Assembly: GCA_050329935.1 (NCBI GenBank)
Contig: JBHJOI010000079.1
Span: 5,277-69,276 of the forward strand
Direction: 5' to 3'
Source: Thiotrichales bacterium
Lineage (GTDB): Bacteria; Pseudomonadota; Gammaproteobacteria; UWMA-0217
DNA length: 64,000 nucleotides
A program made the position numbers and the translations under genes. Of the stretch, positions 46,685 to 56,257 are shown one piece after another (within the stretch, counting starts at the first letter, position 1; each line of letters begins with the position of its first letter). The notes beneath the pieces were generated by a model that was not told the origin of the DNA, did not search any database, and saw nothing but the letters and a program-made list of their open reading frames with translations.

Positions 46685-47791
46685 TCATGCATCCGCGAAC
46701 GTCTTGCTGATGCGCTCGCCAATCTGTCCGAGTGGCAGAACCGCCGAAATACCACCCCGTTTAACTGCTTGCCCTGGCATTCCCCAAACGACGCTGGACG
46801 CCTCGTCCTGCGCAACGGTGAACGCACCGGCTTCACGCATACGCCTGATGCCTTCCGCTCCATCATCGCCCATGCCTGTGAGGATCACCCCAATCGCGTT
46901 GCGTCCGTAGGTACTCGCGACCGAATCAAATAATACACATACCGACGGACGATGACGGTTGACGGGGTCCGAATCACTCAAACGGCAAATAAACCGCGGA
47001 CCCTGCCGTTCAACACGCAAGTGCTTTCCACCCCGCGCAATGTAGACATGACTCGGCTCGATCTGCTGTCCATCGGTCGCTTCCGACACCGTTTGCGGGC
47101 AAATCGAATCAAGACGGCGGGCAAATGAACCACTGAACTGTTCCGGTATGTGCTGCGCAACAACGATACCCGGCGTTTGCGCGGGCAGTGACAACAGGAC
47201 TTCCTTGATTGCTTCGGTACCGCCCGTCGACGCGCCTATCGCAATGATCGAGTCCCTTCGAGTCAGCGTGTGCGCCTCCTCCGAGCCTCGATGACCGCCT
47301 CCATCCCTGGCGACGAGACCGCCGACCGCACCTCCATCGGCACGTATGGAAGCCTTGCTGGCGATCTTGACTTTCTCCACCAGTTCATTCGCATACGTTT
47401 GAAATGTACGCTCAAGATCACCTAAAGGCTTGCTGACAAAATCAATCGCGCCCAATTGCAGCGCGGTCAACGTGACATCGGCGCCCGCCTGAGTCAACGA
47501 CGAAACCATCACCACTGGCATCGGTCGTAACCGCATCAGATTGCGTAAAAACTGAATACCATCCATGCGCGGCATCTCGACGTCTAACGTCAATACATCG
47601 GGATTGAGCGCCTTGATCATTTCGCGTGCGCGATAGGCATCATCCGCGGCACCGACCACTTCAATCTCCGCGTCACTTTGCAACATCTCGGTCAACATCC
47701 GACGCATCAGTGGTGAATCATCGACGATCAATACCCTGACACGACTGGCCGAATTTGGTCTGAGGCTCGACCTCGCCATGTGGTTAATCAT
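46685..47791 (-). CDS. cheB: Protein-glutamate methylesterase/glutaminase CheB
   Basis: A REC domain (VLIVDDSPLMR..DVEMPRMDG) plus a methylesterase domain (IGASTGG, HRPS, GMGDDG). AGGGAAG RBS before the ATG at 47791. Confidence 0.9.
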   Translation of the reverse strand: MINHMARSSLRPNSASRVRVLIVDDSPLMRRMLTEMLQSDAEIEVVGAADDAYRAREMIKALNPDVLTLDVEMPRMDGIQFLRNLMRLRPMPVVMVSSLTQAGADVTLTALQLGAIDFVSKPLGDLERTFQTYANELVEKVKIASKASIRADGGAVGGLVARDGGGHRGSEEAHTLTRRDSIIAIGASTGGTEAIKEVLLSLPAQTPGIVVAQHIPEQFSGSFARRLDSICPQTVSEATDGQQIEPSHVYIARGGKHLRVERQGPRFICRLSDSDPVNRHRPSVCVLFDSVASTYGRNAIGVILTGMGDDGAEGIRRMREAGAFTVAQDEASSVVWGMPGQAVKRGGISAVLPLGQIGERISKTFADA

Positions 47792-47816
47792 AACTTCCCT
47801 TTTCTCAATGGGTTTT

Positions 47817-48434
47817 CTAGAAAAGTTCAATCTCACCCGCGACCGGCGTCGCCCGCACCTTTTGTAAGTAGCTCATTTCGGAAGCGACCACCGATTGTGT
47901 CTCGGATACAAGTTTCTTCACGAGCGCCTTGCCAGTGAGCGGGTGGTACATAAGCTTGCGTGGCAGAGTGCCGCCAAGATCCTGTGAATGTACCGGAAGT
48001 CCCTCTTCACGCAAGAAACTCAATACGAAATCGATGTTTCGACGCCCCACGTCACTGGAGGCCAAATCCATGACGCTTGCGCCACCAAACAGCTTGATCT
48101 CTAGATTCTGCTTCTTGCCCCCACTCCGCAGTATGCCGTTGATCAAGTGCTCCATCGCGAAATTTCCGTAACGGGTCGACGCGCTGACACTGGTCGTTTC
48201 CCAGCCACCGCCGCCTCCCATGTCTCCCAGGGGCAATAAAAAATGATTCATGCCACCCACTTTCCGCTGCGTGTCACGTATGCAGGCGGCAACGCATGAC
48301 CCCAGCACGGTCGTGATGAGCTCATCCTGAGTTCCTACGTAATAGTCTCCGGGCAATACTTTCGCGACATTCAGTCTAAAATTCGGATCCCAGAATTTCC
48401 GAATGTTCTCGAATCCAGCCTGCACGGTAATCAT
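47817..48434 (-). CDS. cheD: Chemoreceptor glutamine deamidase CheD
   Basis: TTVLGSCVAACIRD catalytic Cys region and MNHFLLP. 205 aa with a C-terminal extension ending EIELF. Confidence 0.9.
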   Translation of the reverse strand: MITVQAGFENIRKFWDPNFRLNVAKVLPGDYYVGTQDELITTVLGSCVAACIRDTQRKVGGMNHFLLPLGDMGGGGGWETTSVSASTRYGNFAMEHLINGILRSGGKKQNLEIKLFGGASVMDLASSDVGRRNIDFVLSFLREEGLPVHSQDLGGTLPRKLMYHPLTGKALVKKLVSETQSVVASEMSYLQKVRATPVAGEIELF

Positions 48435-48446
48435 AGGACGCCTTAC

Positions 48447-49277
48447 CTATCGAATTTTCTTATAGATTGTCTTACCGAGCGACGCGAATCGATCCGTCAG
48501 GTTCGATAACGTCTCGGAGTGTCCGACAAATAGATGTCCGTCATCGTTAAGCACGCGCGCAAAATTATCGAAAAGCTCCATCTGTGTCGTCTTGTCGAAA
48601 TAAATTACAACGTTCCGACAAAATACGACATCAAACGACCCTAGCGAGGGCCAGCTTTGAATCAGATTGAGCTTCCTGAACGTGATCAGCTCGCGCAACT
48701 CATTGGATACCTTTACCTTGCCGTCGTTGGCACCGCTTCCACGTAGGAAATACTTGCGAATCTTTTCAGCGGGTAGCTTCTCGATTCGCTCCAAGGGGTA
48801 TACACCACCGCTCCCAATCTCAAGCACGTTTGAATCGAGGTCGGTGGCTAGTAACTTGATATCCCATTGCGCGGCGTTCGGAATATTTTCCAGGACGGTC
48901 ATCGCGATGGAATACACTTCCTCTCCAGTAGAACAACCAGCGGACCACAGTCGCAACCGTCGAGATGCCGAGTTTCTTCGCAACAACCCAGGTATCAACG
49001 TCTTACCCAAGTGATCGAAGTGGTGTTGTTCGCGAAAGAAGGCCGTCAGATTCGTCGTGATCGCGTTTGTGAGTTGCTCAAGTTCACCACCGTCGCGCTC
49101 AAGAAGCGCCCGATAGTCGGCGAAGCGCTGTAAACCCAAGCTACGTAGTCGCCGCGACAGCCTGCTGTATACCATCTCACGCTTGCCGTCCGACAGCGAA
49201 ATTCCTGTATGGCTATACACAAACTCGCGAATACGCTGGAAATCCTCCTCGGTATAGGTGAACTCTCGAACAGTCAT
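48447..49277 (-). CDS. cheR: Chemotaxis protein methyltransferase CheR
   Basis: N-terminal helical domain plus a SAM-binding RLWSAGCSTGEEVYSIAM motif. Confidence 0.9.
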   Translation of the reverse strand: MTVREFTYTEEDFQRIREFVYSHTGISLSDGKREMVYSRLSRRLRSLGLQRFADYRALLERDGGELEQLTNAITTNLTAFFREQHHFDHLGKTLIPGLLRRNSASRRLRLWSAGCSTGEEVYSIAMTVLENIPNAAQWDIKLLATDLDSNVLEIGSGGVYPLERIEKLPAEKIRKYFLRGSGANDGKVKVSNELRELITFRKLNLIQSWPSLGSFDVVFCRNVVIYFDKTTQMELFDNFARVLNDDGHLFVGHSETLSNLTDRFASLGKTIYKKIR

Positions 49278-49288
49278 TCGCTACTCCG

Positions 49289-49831
49289 TTAGAACAGTTC
49301 GATGGTCGAGGTCGGTGCCTTGACGTACTCGGATGCGTCGTTGGACCGCGTGGGTTCTCCACCGCAGTCCTTTAATACTTGGGAAAAGATAAGCTTCTCG
49401 TCTTCAAGCACATAGGATTCGTGGATTTTTGTCAGTATCGACGCACAGTCGAGCTCGAACGGCTGCGTTCCAGCGTACTCTAGATGGTCGCTCATGATTC
49501 TGAGTCCGTTCGCGACATGCATCAGTCGCTGTGACAGCCGATCGTAGAACTGAAGTGAGCGTACCGCCGATTCGATACCTCCGACCAGTTTCAACCTTGG
49601 TGTCGTCTCATCGTTCACGGATGTCACCTCGTCGTCGGCTCGCTTACCGGACAGAAGTGCTGGTTCCATGAGTCCCATGACGACCTCGCCCAATTGTTCG
49701 ACATTGTCAGCGCCTTCAGTTAACGCCAGTTCGACCTGCAACGCCGACACCGTCAGTAGCGCCTGAATCGTCTCCATGCAACGCGCGTGTGTCGTATCCT
49801 GTACGTAATCGGGCATCGAAATAAGTTCCAT
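49289..49831 (-). CDS. Hypothetical chemotaxis-cluster protein (helical; CheZ-like F-x-D-x3-Q motif)
   Basis: 180 aa with no family I recognise. LQFYDRLSQRL resembles the CheZ active-site QDFQDLTGQ. The C-terminus TIELF mirrors the CheD C-terminus EIELF. Confidence 0.55.
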   Translation of the reverse strand: MELISMPDYVQDTTHARCMETIQALLTVSALQVELALTEGADNVEQLGEVVMGLMEPALLSGKRADDEVTSVNDETTPRLKLVGGIESAVRSLQFYDRLSQRLMHVANGLRIMSDHLEYAGTQPFELDCASILTKIHESYVLEDEKLIFSQVLKDCGGEPTRSNDASEYVKAPTSTIELF

Positions 49832-49884
49832 TGAGTTATTGTTTTGAATGTCTGGAGCTCTTCGAGTAACGCGTGCAAGCCAGC

Positions 49885-50184
49885 TCAGTCCCCCGAACTC
49901 ACTGTTCCAGGCTCTAGTCCAAGCAACGACGACAGGCCGAGCAGATCAATATTGCGTGAGACAGGTTCGCTCGCGCTAATTCGTAGATTAGCCCCTTGCC
50001 GTTTCAGCTCCAACTTGGTGGCATAAAGCAACTGGATAACGGCGGAATCAATGCGTTGGGTCTGGGATGCATCGACCGTTATATTCGTGCGCTCCACGCC
50101 AATACCGTTCTTTATCGCCTCCATCAGCGCACCCACTTGTTGTATATTGGCCGTGGCTTCCAGCGTAAGCTCGTAGGTTCCCAT
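49885..50184 (-). CDS. STAS-domain (anti-sigma-factor-antagonist-like) protein
   Basis: 99 aa from the ATG at 50184, with GGAG 5 nt upstream. Pattern ..VDASQTQRIDSAVIQLL..LELKRQGANLRISASEPVSRNIDLLGL typical of SpoIIAA/STAS folds. Confidence 0.7.
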   Translation of the reverse strand: MGTYELTLEATANIQQVGALMEAIKNGIGVERTNITVDASQTQRIDSAVIQLLYATKLELKRQGANLRISASEPVSRNIDLLGLSSLLGLEPGTVSSGD

Positions 50185-50411
50185 AATATCTCCATGAATC
50201 ATTATTCAGTCTTCGTTACCCAAACTTTGAACTCTGCGGTAGGTAGTTTACGCTTGCGCAAAACGGCGACATCCCTTTACACGGCTCCCGACAGCGACGT
50301 CAGCGGCTCCAAGTGCACGTTCCTAGGCATGCCTGCTCGCCGCGACTTCGTTGTGTCCTCACCCACTGGTCCTTCAAGCCAGCGCCCTCGATCCAACGTT
50401 TGAACCGACGA

Positions 50412-52799
50412 CTAGAATTCGGTCCAATCTCCATTGGAAACACTTTTGTTATCGGCGACTTTTGGCGCAACTTTAGATTGCCCGTTCCAAGGTCGCTGGT
50501 TGGAGCGGCGCTCAGGCCCTGAGTAATCCGCAACACGCTTTCTAACGCCGTCACCCGCGCGCAAGTCGACATATCCGTCATCTCGGGCGGCGGGGCGACG
50601 CGCGGGTGTATTCGTCCCAAGCGCGTTCGGAAGCGCCAGATCACGGTTACCAATGGCTGGGGAATTCAGCCGAAAATACCCGAGCAGCGTGTTCAATTTC
50701 CGCGCCTCCACGCCCATGGCCTCGCTTGCCGCCGCGACTTGTTCGACCAGCTCCGCGTTTTGCTGCGTCATCGCATCCATGCCAGAAACCGATCGGTTGA
50801 CGCTTTCGATTCCCGCCAACTGTGCGTCACCGGCCTGCGCGATCTCGGACACGATATTATTCACCTTATCAACCGCTTGCAAAATCGCTCGCAGGGTCAA
50901 CCCTGATGCGTCGACGAGACGTGACCCGGTCGCTACTTTTTCCACACTCGTCTCGATGAGTGCCTTGATCTCACGTGCCGCGGCCGCGCTGCGTTGCGCC
51001 AAGGTCCGCACCTCGGTAGCGACCACGGCAAATCCTCGACCATGCTCACCCGCATGGGCCGCCTCAACCGCCGCGTTCAGCGCTAGTAGATTGGTCTGAA
51101 ATGCGATCTCGTCAATCACCGAAGTGATTTCGGCGATTTCCTGACTCGACCGATTAATCTCCGACATCGCATTTACGGTTTCGTCCACCGCTGCCACGCC
51201 ACGCTGAACTTCGCTTCTGGCGTCGGCGGCGAGCGCGCTGGCAACGTTTGCATGCCGAGTATTGAATTGAACCGTATCGGTCATTTCATTCATATTGCCT
51301 GCCGTAATCTGAAGGTGGCTCGCCTGGTCCTCGGTACGTTGACTCAATAGAACATTGCCATTCGCAATCTCTCGCGCACCATTTTCCACGTTAGCGGCGG
51401 AGGTGCGTATGTTCTCGATAATTTCGGACAAACGGCACTTCATGGCGACCAATGCCTTGCCCGCGCCTGACTCGGCTTGACGCGAATCGCGCGGTGAGGT
51501 TTCGAATATTCCACTTGCCATTTTTTCGGCCATATCGGCCAGGTCGCGTGGCTCACCACCTAGTTGATTACGAACACTGCGCGCCTGAAATAGCGCCATC
51601 GCCAACACGACCCCCACGGTGACAATCATCATGATTGCGCCAGTGAGGCGTAGCGTCCCGACCATCGCCATCACCTCGGCTTCATCCGCCGACGCAACCA
51701 AAGCCCATTTGAACCCGGATGACTGAAGCGGGACGAACGCCGCGTGCTGCGACTTGCCATCGTGACCTAGAATCGTCACGACACCGGTATCTCCCCGCAG
51801 CGCATTTGCCACACCCGCATGGTCAATCTGGGTCGAAAGCGCGCGAGACCCCTCGCGCTGTCGCGATGGCGTTCTCAACATCGAGTCCGACCCCACGATA
51901 TACATATCGCCGGAGCGCAGGTTCCGCATACTGCCCTCAAGCGCCTGGGCGACCAACGCCGGCCTGATCTGAAGCGCAACGACGCCGAGCCTGCGCCCAA
52001 ACCCATCTATGACCGGCGCCGCATAAAATGCAGTGGCCTCGTTTCCCGCTGGGAAATAGAACTCAAAATCTGAAATCGCGACTAAATCCGCGCTTGCCGC
52101 CGCCATGGCCCGAGCCACGACCCGACCGAGACCTGAATCCTTCAGAGCGCCTGATAGCACGTTCGCACCGACGTCGATATTCTTCCTCACGGTATAGACA
52201 ACACGACCCTGGGTGTCGATCAACGACAGGTCTGTGTAGTTGTGACGTTCGATATGCCGTGTCAGACTGGGATGATACTGGACATGCATCGCGCCATACG
52301 TGCCCAGCTCGTCGAACTCGACCCGTTCGTGCTTGCGCTCCACACCAAGCGGATTGCGCACCAGCATGTGATACTGAGCAATGATTCCAAAATCATCCGT
52401 GGGAAGCGTCAGACTGGAACCCGTTCGATTCCCACGATCGTATTGGTGCTCACGGTAATACGCTTCTAGCGCACCACGCATCGCGGCGATTTCTTGCGGG
52501 GTTGGCGGTAGATCCTGCATCAGTCGATCGGCCTCGGCCGAGAACGAACGTAGTGCGGTCACGACCATTAAATCCTCGGCCAGACTTGAGGTAAACACCT
52601 GAACTTCGTGGATGAGTCCGGTGATCTGGCGCGCGTACTGATCTCGCTGTGCACTAAGCGACGTGACAGCTTGCTCTTCCAGCGTGTCCCCCGCGATTTT
52701 TTGAATGGCAAGCATCGAGACGAGCATGGGTACGAGCGAGGCAAACAGCATGACAGCCACTAGCCTCGCGCCAAACGTCCAACCCTGTACTCCCGTCAT
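50412..52799 (-). CDS. Methyl-accepting chemotaxis protein with a large periplasmic sensor and a C-terminal xWxxF pentapeptide
   Basis: AAGGAGG RBS 7 nt before the ATG at 52799. Two TM helices flank a ~350-aa periplasmic domain. LGGEP-type HAMP. Signalling hairpin FQTNLLALNAAVEAAHAGEHGRGFAVVATEVRTLAQRSA. Ends in GDWTEF. Confidence 0.9.
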   Translation of the reverse strand: MTGVQGWTFGARLVAVMLFASLVPMLVSMLAIQKIAGDTLEEQAVTSLSAQRDQYARQITGLIHEVQVFTSSLAEDLMVVTALRSFSAEADRLMQDLPPTPQEIAAMRGALEAYYREHQYDRGNRTGSSLTLPTDDFGIIAQYHMLVRNPLGVERKHERVEFDELGTYGAMHVQYHPSLTRHIERHNYTDLSLIDTQGRVVYTVRKNIDVGANVLSGALKDSGLGRVVARAMAAASADLVAISDFEFYFPAGNEATAFYAAPVIDGFGRRLGVVALQIRPALVAQALEGSMRNLRSGDMYIVGSDSMLRTPSRQREGSRALSTQIDHAGVANALRGDTGVVTILGHDGKSQHAAFVPLQSSGFKWALVASADEAEVMAMVGTLRLTGAIMMIVTVGVVLAMALFQARSVRNQLGGEPRDLADMAEKMASGIFETSPRDSRQAESGAGKALVAMKCRLSEIIENIRTSAANVENGAREIANGNVLLSQRTEDQASHLQITAGNMNEMTDTVQFNTRHANVASALAADARSEVQRGVAAVDETVNAMSEINRSSQEIAEITSVIDEIAFQTNLLALNAAVEAAHAGEHGRGFAVVATEVRTLAQRSAAAAREIKALIETSVEKVATGSRLVDASGLTLRAILQAVDKVNNIVSEIAQAGDAQLAGIESVNRSVSGMDAMTQQNAELVEQVAAASEAMGVEARKLNTLLGYFRLNSPAIGNRDLALPNALGTNTPARRPAARDDGYVDLRAGDGVRKRVADYSGPERRSNQRPWNGQSKVAPKVADNKSVSNGDWTEF

Positions 52800-52978
52800 C
52801 CTAATACCTCCTTGCTTCCCCGAGCGAGCCACTCACCAATCGAGCGCCATCCGCGGTTTTTTGTTTTACTGCATCACGCACGCGTGCACTTCCGTCAAAG
52901 GATCTAGATCCCCCTTTCGAATCGACAGTCCTGGTTTCCCTGTCCTAGTCGTGGTGCAAGACAACCATCTGTCTGGAC

Positions 52979-53461
52979 TCACATATTGGCTTCCACAAGC
53001 TTCTGCACGTCGATCAGAATCACCATCTTGTTTTCGACCGTGGCCAGACCATTGATGAACTCGATATTGAGCTTGGCCCCCATCTCCGGCGGCGGTTCGA
53101 TCGTAGTTTCTGGAATGTTATAGACTTCCGAGACAGCGTCGACCACCATGCCGATGGTCTTACGTTGACCGTCAATCTTTACAAAAATGACAACGGTAGT
53201 CGGGCCATACTCGACGTGCTCAAATGCAAACCGCTTGCGCAAATCGACAATTGGAACAACCGCGCCTCTGAGATTTATAACGCCGAGCACATGTCGCGGC
53301 GTGTTTGGAATCTGGGTTGTCGGCATCCACCCCTTTATTTCCTGCACGTTCAGGATATTGACTCCATATTCCTCTCCTGCCAGCAAGAAGGTCAGGTATT
53401 GGCTACCTTGCGCGGAAGATGGCGCCTTGCTTTCGAGATCGGTGGCAACCGCAGCATTCAT
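52979..53461 (-). CDS. cheW: Chemotaxis coupling protein CheW
   Basis: 160 aa. YLTFLLAGEEYGVNILNVQEI.. and INLRGAVVPIVDLR, typical of the CheW domain. AGGAG RBS. Confidence 0.9.
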   Translation of the reverse strand: MNAAVATDLESKAPSSAQGSQYLTFLLAGEEYGVNILNVQEIKGWMPTTQIPNTPRHVLGVINLRGAVVPIVDLRKRFAFEHVEYGPTTVVIFVKIDGQRKTIGMVVDAVSEVYNIPETTIEPPPEMGAKLNIEFINGLATVENKMVILIDVQKLVEANM

Positions 53462-53602
53462 CTAGTTATCTCCTATCACTCTGTTCGACGAATCGATATC
53501 CGCCGTGTTTGAACTCGATTTTTTCCCGCTTGGCTCGCTTGTGGACGAGAAGCGATCCGATATAATTTACTGTAAAGCCAAACCCATAGCTCAAGTAGCT
53601 GC

Positions 53603-55744
53603 CTAGGCCGCCGCGAGCGCCGCACCCGACGCATAGCGCAAGGCACCATAGAGGTGACTTCTCGCCAGTGCCGAAACGTCCAGAATAATCGCAACAGTGC
53701 CGTCGCCGAGAATGGTAGCGCCGGAAAGTCCCTCGATCTTTCTGAAATTGGTCTCCAGGCTCTTGATCACGACCTGTTGCTGTCCCAACAACTCGTCGAC
53801 GAAGAGACCAACACGACGCCGATCGACTTGAACGACGACAAGCAATCCATCTTCCAGGCGTTTGGCATGGGGTTCAATTCCGAATAGATCGCCAAGGCGA
53901 ATAATCGGGATATACTCGTCTCGCAACCGGTAAAGCTCAATCTGGTTACTCACCCGTTTGATGCTGTCGGTCTTTATTTGTATCGATTCGCTGATCGAGA
54001 CCAATTGAATGACGTAAACCTCTTTTCCGATCCGCACCAATTGCCCATCGAGTATCGCTAGCGTGAGCGGAAGGCGAATGCTAAGCGTACTGCCCTTACC
54101 CATTTCCGAGGTAATGAATATCTGGCCACCCAGCTCATAAATATTACTGCGAACCACATCCATCCCGACACCGCGACCAGAGACGTCCGTGACCTGGTCG
54201 GCGGTTGAAAATCCAGCCTGGAAGATTAGATTGTAGATCTCGTCATCGGTCATTACGTGGTCTGAACTGACGATACCGCGTTCGATTGCTTTCTTGAGAA
54301 TGCGATCCTTATTGAGACCCGCACCGTCATCCGTGACCTCAATCACGATATTGCCGCCTTCGTGATACGCATTCAGATGTATGGTACCTGTCTCAGACTT
54401 GCCCTCGGCCACGCGCTTTTCCGGCATCTCAATGCCATGGTCAAGAGAGTTACGGACCAGGTGGACCAGGGGATCGCCAATTTTTTCAAGTACGGTCTTG
54501 TCGAGCTCAGTACCTTCGCCCGAGATCTTCAAGTCGATCTTTTTGCCAAGCTTCTGACTCAGATCGCGTACCAGACGCGGAAAGCGATTAAACGAATGAC
54601 TGATTGGCAACATTCGAATACGCATCGCGGTTTCCTGCAACTCCCGCAGATTTCTCGTTAACTGATTGAGCCCATCGCGCAGTTTTTTGAGCTGAGATTC
54701 ATCGAAGTTATCCGTGAACTCGTGCAGCATCGACTGGTTGATGACGAGTTCACCGACCAGATTAATCAGGGCATCAACCTTATCGATATTCACGCGTATC
54801 GAGCTGGCTTCGGGATTCGGCTGCTTTGCTTCCCGAGGCGACGCAGGTTTTGCGGCTGGTGTCCGTTCGGTAATCGGAGCATCCGCAACGACGGCTTGAG
54901 CCGAAACTTTCGCCTTCGCTGGCGCCGCTTCGGCGGCGTCGATTTCCGGTTCGGGTACCCGGGCGGGCGCCGCTGGCGGTTCGATACGCTTCGATGTTTT
55001 AGCCTCGGATAGCGGCGTGATTTCCAGGTCGCAGTCGCCTTCCACCCAAGCGAATAGGTCTTCAATCTGAGTTCTGGCTACGTCCCCGTAAAGGGTGATG
55101 CTCCAGCCCAGAAATACGGACTCCGGCTGAAGCTCAAGTAGATTCGGCAGGCGACTCGTGTCGCATTCCACCACACATTCGCCGAGTTCAGCCAAACCGC
55201 GCAGGATCCTGATCGGATCATTGCCCGTCTTGAGCATGTTCTCGTGCGGCAGGAACAAGATTGTCCAGCCCTCGCGATCCGCGGTTTCAGTCACGCTGGA
55301 TGGTTCAACGGCAACAACGGGATCGGTGTTCTTGGCGGTGACCACGGCACTGCCAGGCGCATCCAGCATGGCTTGCAAGCGCCGCTGCATTGCCGAAACG
55401 CGGTCGATATCCAACGCTTCATTAGCCTGGGTGGATTGGATCATCTCACGCAAGGTATCAACGGACTCGAGCAGCAAATCGACGGTTGGAACAGTCACGG
55501 ATCGCTTTTGCGACCGCATCTCGTCGAGCAGCGTCTCCATTACATGCGTGAAGCCTGCGATCTCTTTGAAGCCAAAGGTGGCGCTGCCGCCCTTGATCGA
55601 GTGCGCGGCACGAAAAATAGTGTTGATTTGCTCGAGTTCAGCCGCACCGACGTCGAGATTCAACAACTCGGTTTCCATGATGGTTAGGCCATCATGGCAC
55701 TCCTCGAAGAACGCGCCCAAAAACTCTGACAGATCCATTGACAT
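53603..55744 (-). CDS. cheA: Chemotaxis histidine kinase CheA
   Basis: Hpt with FRAAHSIKGGSATFG, a dimerisation domain, HATPase (HLVRNSLDHGIE, DDGAGL, GRGVGMDVV) and a C-terminal CheW-like domain. Confidence 0.95.
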   Translation of the reverse strand: MSMDLSEFLGAFFEECHDGLTIMETELLNLDVGAAELEQINTIFRAAHSIKGGSATFGFKEIAGFTHVMETLLDEMRSQKRSVTVPTVDLLLESVDTLREMIQSTQANEALDIDRVSAMQRRLQAMLDAPGSAVVTAKNTDPVVAVEPSSVTETADREGWTILFLPHENMLKTGNDPIRILRGLAELGECVVECDTSRLPNLLELQPESVFLGWSITLYGDVARTQIEDLFAWVEGDCDLEITPLSEAKTSKRIEPPAAPARVPEPEIDAAEAAPAKAKVSAQAVVADAPITERTPAAKPASPREAKQPNPEASSIRVNIDKVDALINLVGELVINQSMLHEFTDNFDESQLKKLRDGLNQLTRNLRELQETAMRIRMLPISHSFNRFPRLVRDLSQKLGKKIDLKISGEGTELDKTVLEKIGDPLVHLVRNSLDHGIEMPEKRVAEGKSETGTIHLNAYHEGGNIVIEVTDDGAGLNKDRILKKAIERGIVSSDHVMTDDEIYNLIFQAGFSTADQVTDVSGRGVGMDVVRSNIYELGGQIFITSEMGKGSTLSIRLPLTLAILDGQLVRIGKEVYVIQLVSISESIQIKTDSIKRVSNQIELYRLRDEYIPIIRLGDLFGIEPHAKRLEDGLLVVVQVDRRRVGLFVDELLGQQQVVIKSLETNFRKIEGLSGATILGDGTVAIILDVSALARSHLYGALRYASGAALAAA

Positions 55745-55805
55745 AAAGCCTGCTCCGTTGCTTGGCGGTTCCTCGCCTATCGCGTGGGGAATTCCGTTGA
55801 CACTA

Positions 55806-56168
55806 TTATCCGATCACTTGTTGGATGGTCGCGACCAGTCGTTCCGGATCAAAGGGTTTGACGATCCACCCGGTCGCACCGGCCTCGCGTCCAATTGCCT
55901 TTTTCTCGGCCGTGGATTCAGTGGTCAGGGTAAGGATAGGTGTGTAGCGATACTCCGGCATAGCGCGAAGCTCACGAATCAGTTGAAACCCGTCCATATT
56001 GGGCATATTGATGTCCGTCAGAACGAGATCGACTCGTTCTTTTTTTGCAGTCCCCAGCGCATCGACCCCATCAACCGCTTGCAGCACATCAAAGCCCGCG
56101 CGCTTGAGCGTGAACGTAACCATCTGACGCATTGATGCGGAGTCGTCGACTGCTAATATTCTCGGCAT
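55806..56168 (-). CDS. cheY: CheY-like single-domain response regulator (first gene of the che operon)
   Basis: 120 aa from the ATG at 56168. ILAVDDSASMR, LVLTDINMPNMDG, TLTTES and VKPF. Confidence 0.9.
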   Translation of the reverse strand: MPRILAVDDSASMRQMVTFTLKRAGFDVLQAVDGVDALGTAKKERVDLVLTDINMPNMDGFQLIRELRAMPEYRYTPILTLTTESTAEKKAIGREAGATGWIVKPFDPERLVATIQQVIG

Positions 56169-56241
56169 GGGTTCTTTACCTTCAGTGTGTAGATACAAAA
56201 GGATCCGTATCGTGTATGGACAGACAATTAATGTTATGACT

Positions 56242-56257
56242 TGCAATTACGATGCCA
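56242..56257 (-). promoter_or_regulatory. Putative sigma-54 (-24/-12) promoter of the chemosensory operon
   Basis: The minus strand reads TGGCATC-GTAA-TTGCA against the consensus TGGCACG-N4-TTGCW, with correct GG/GC spacing. Lies about 75 nt upstream of the cheY ATG at 56168. Confidence 0.65.
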
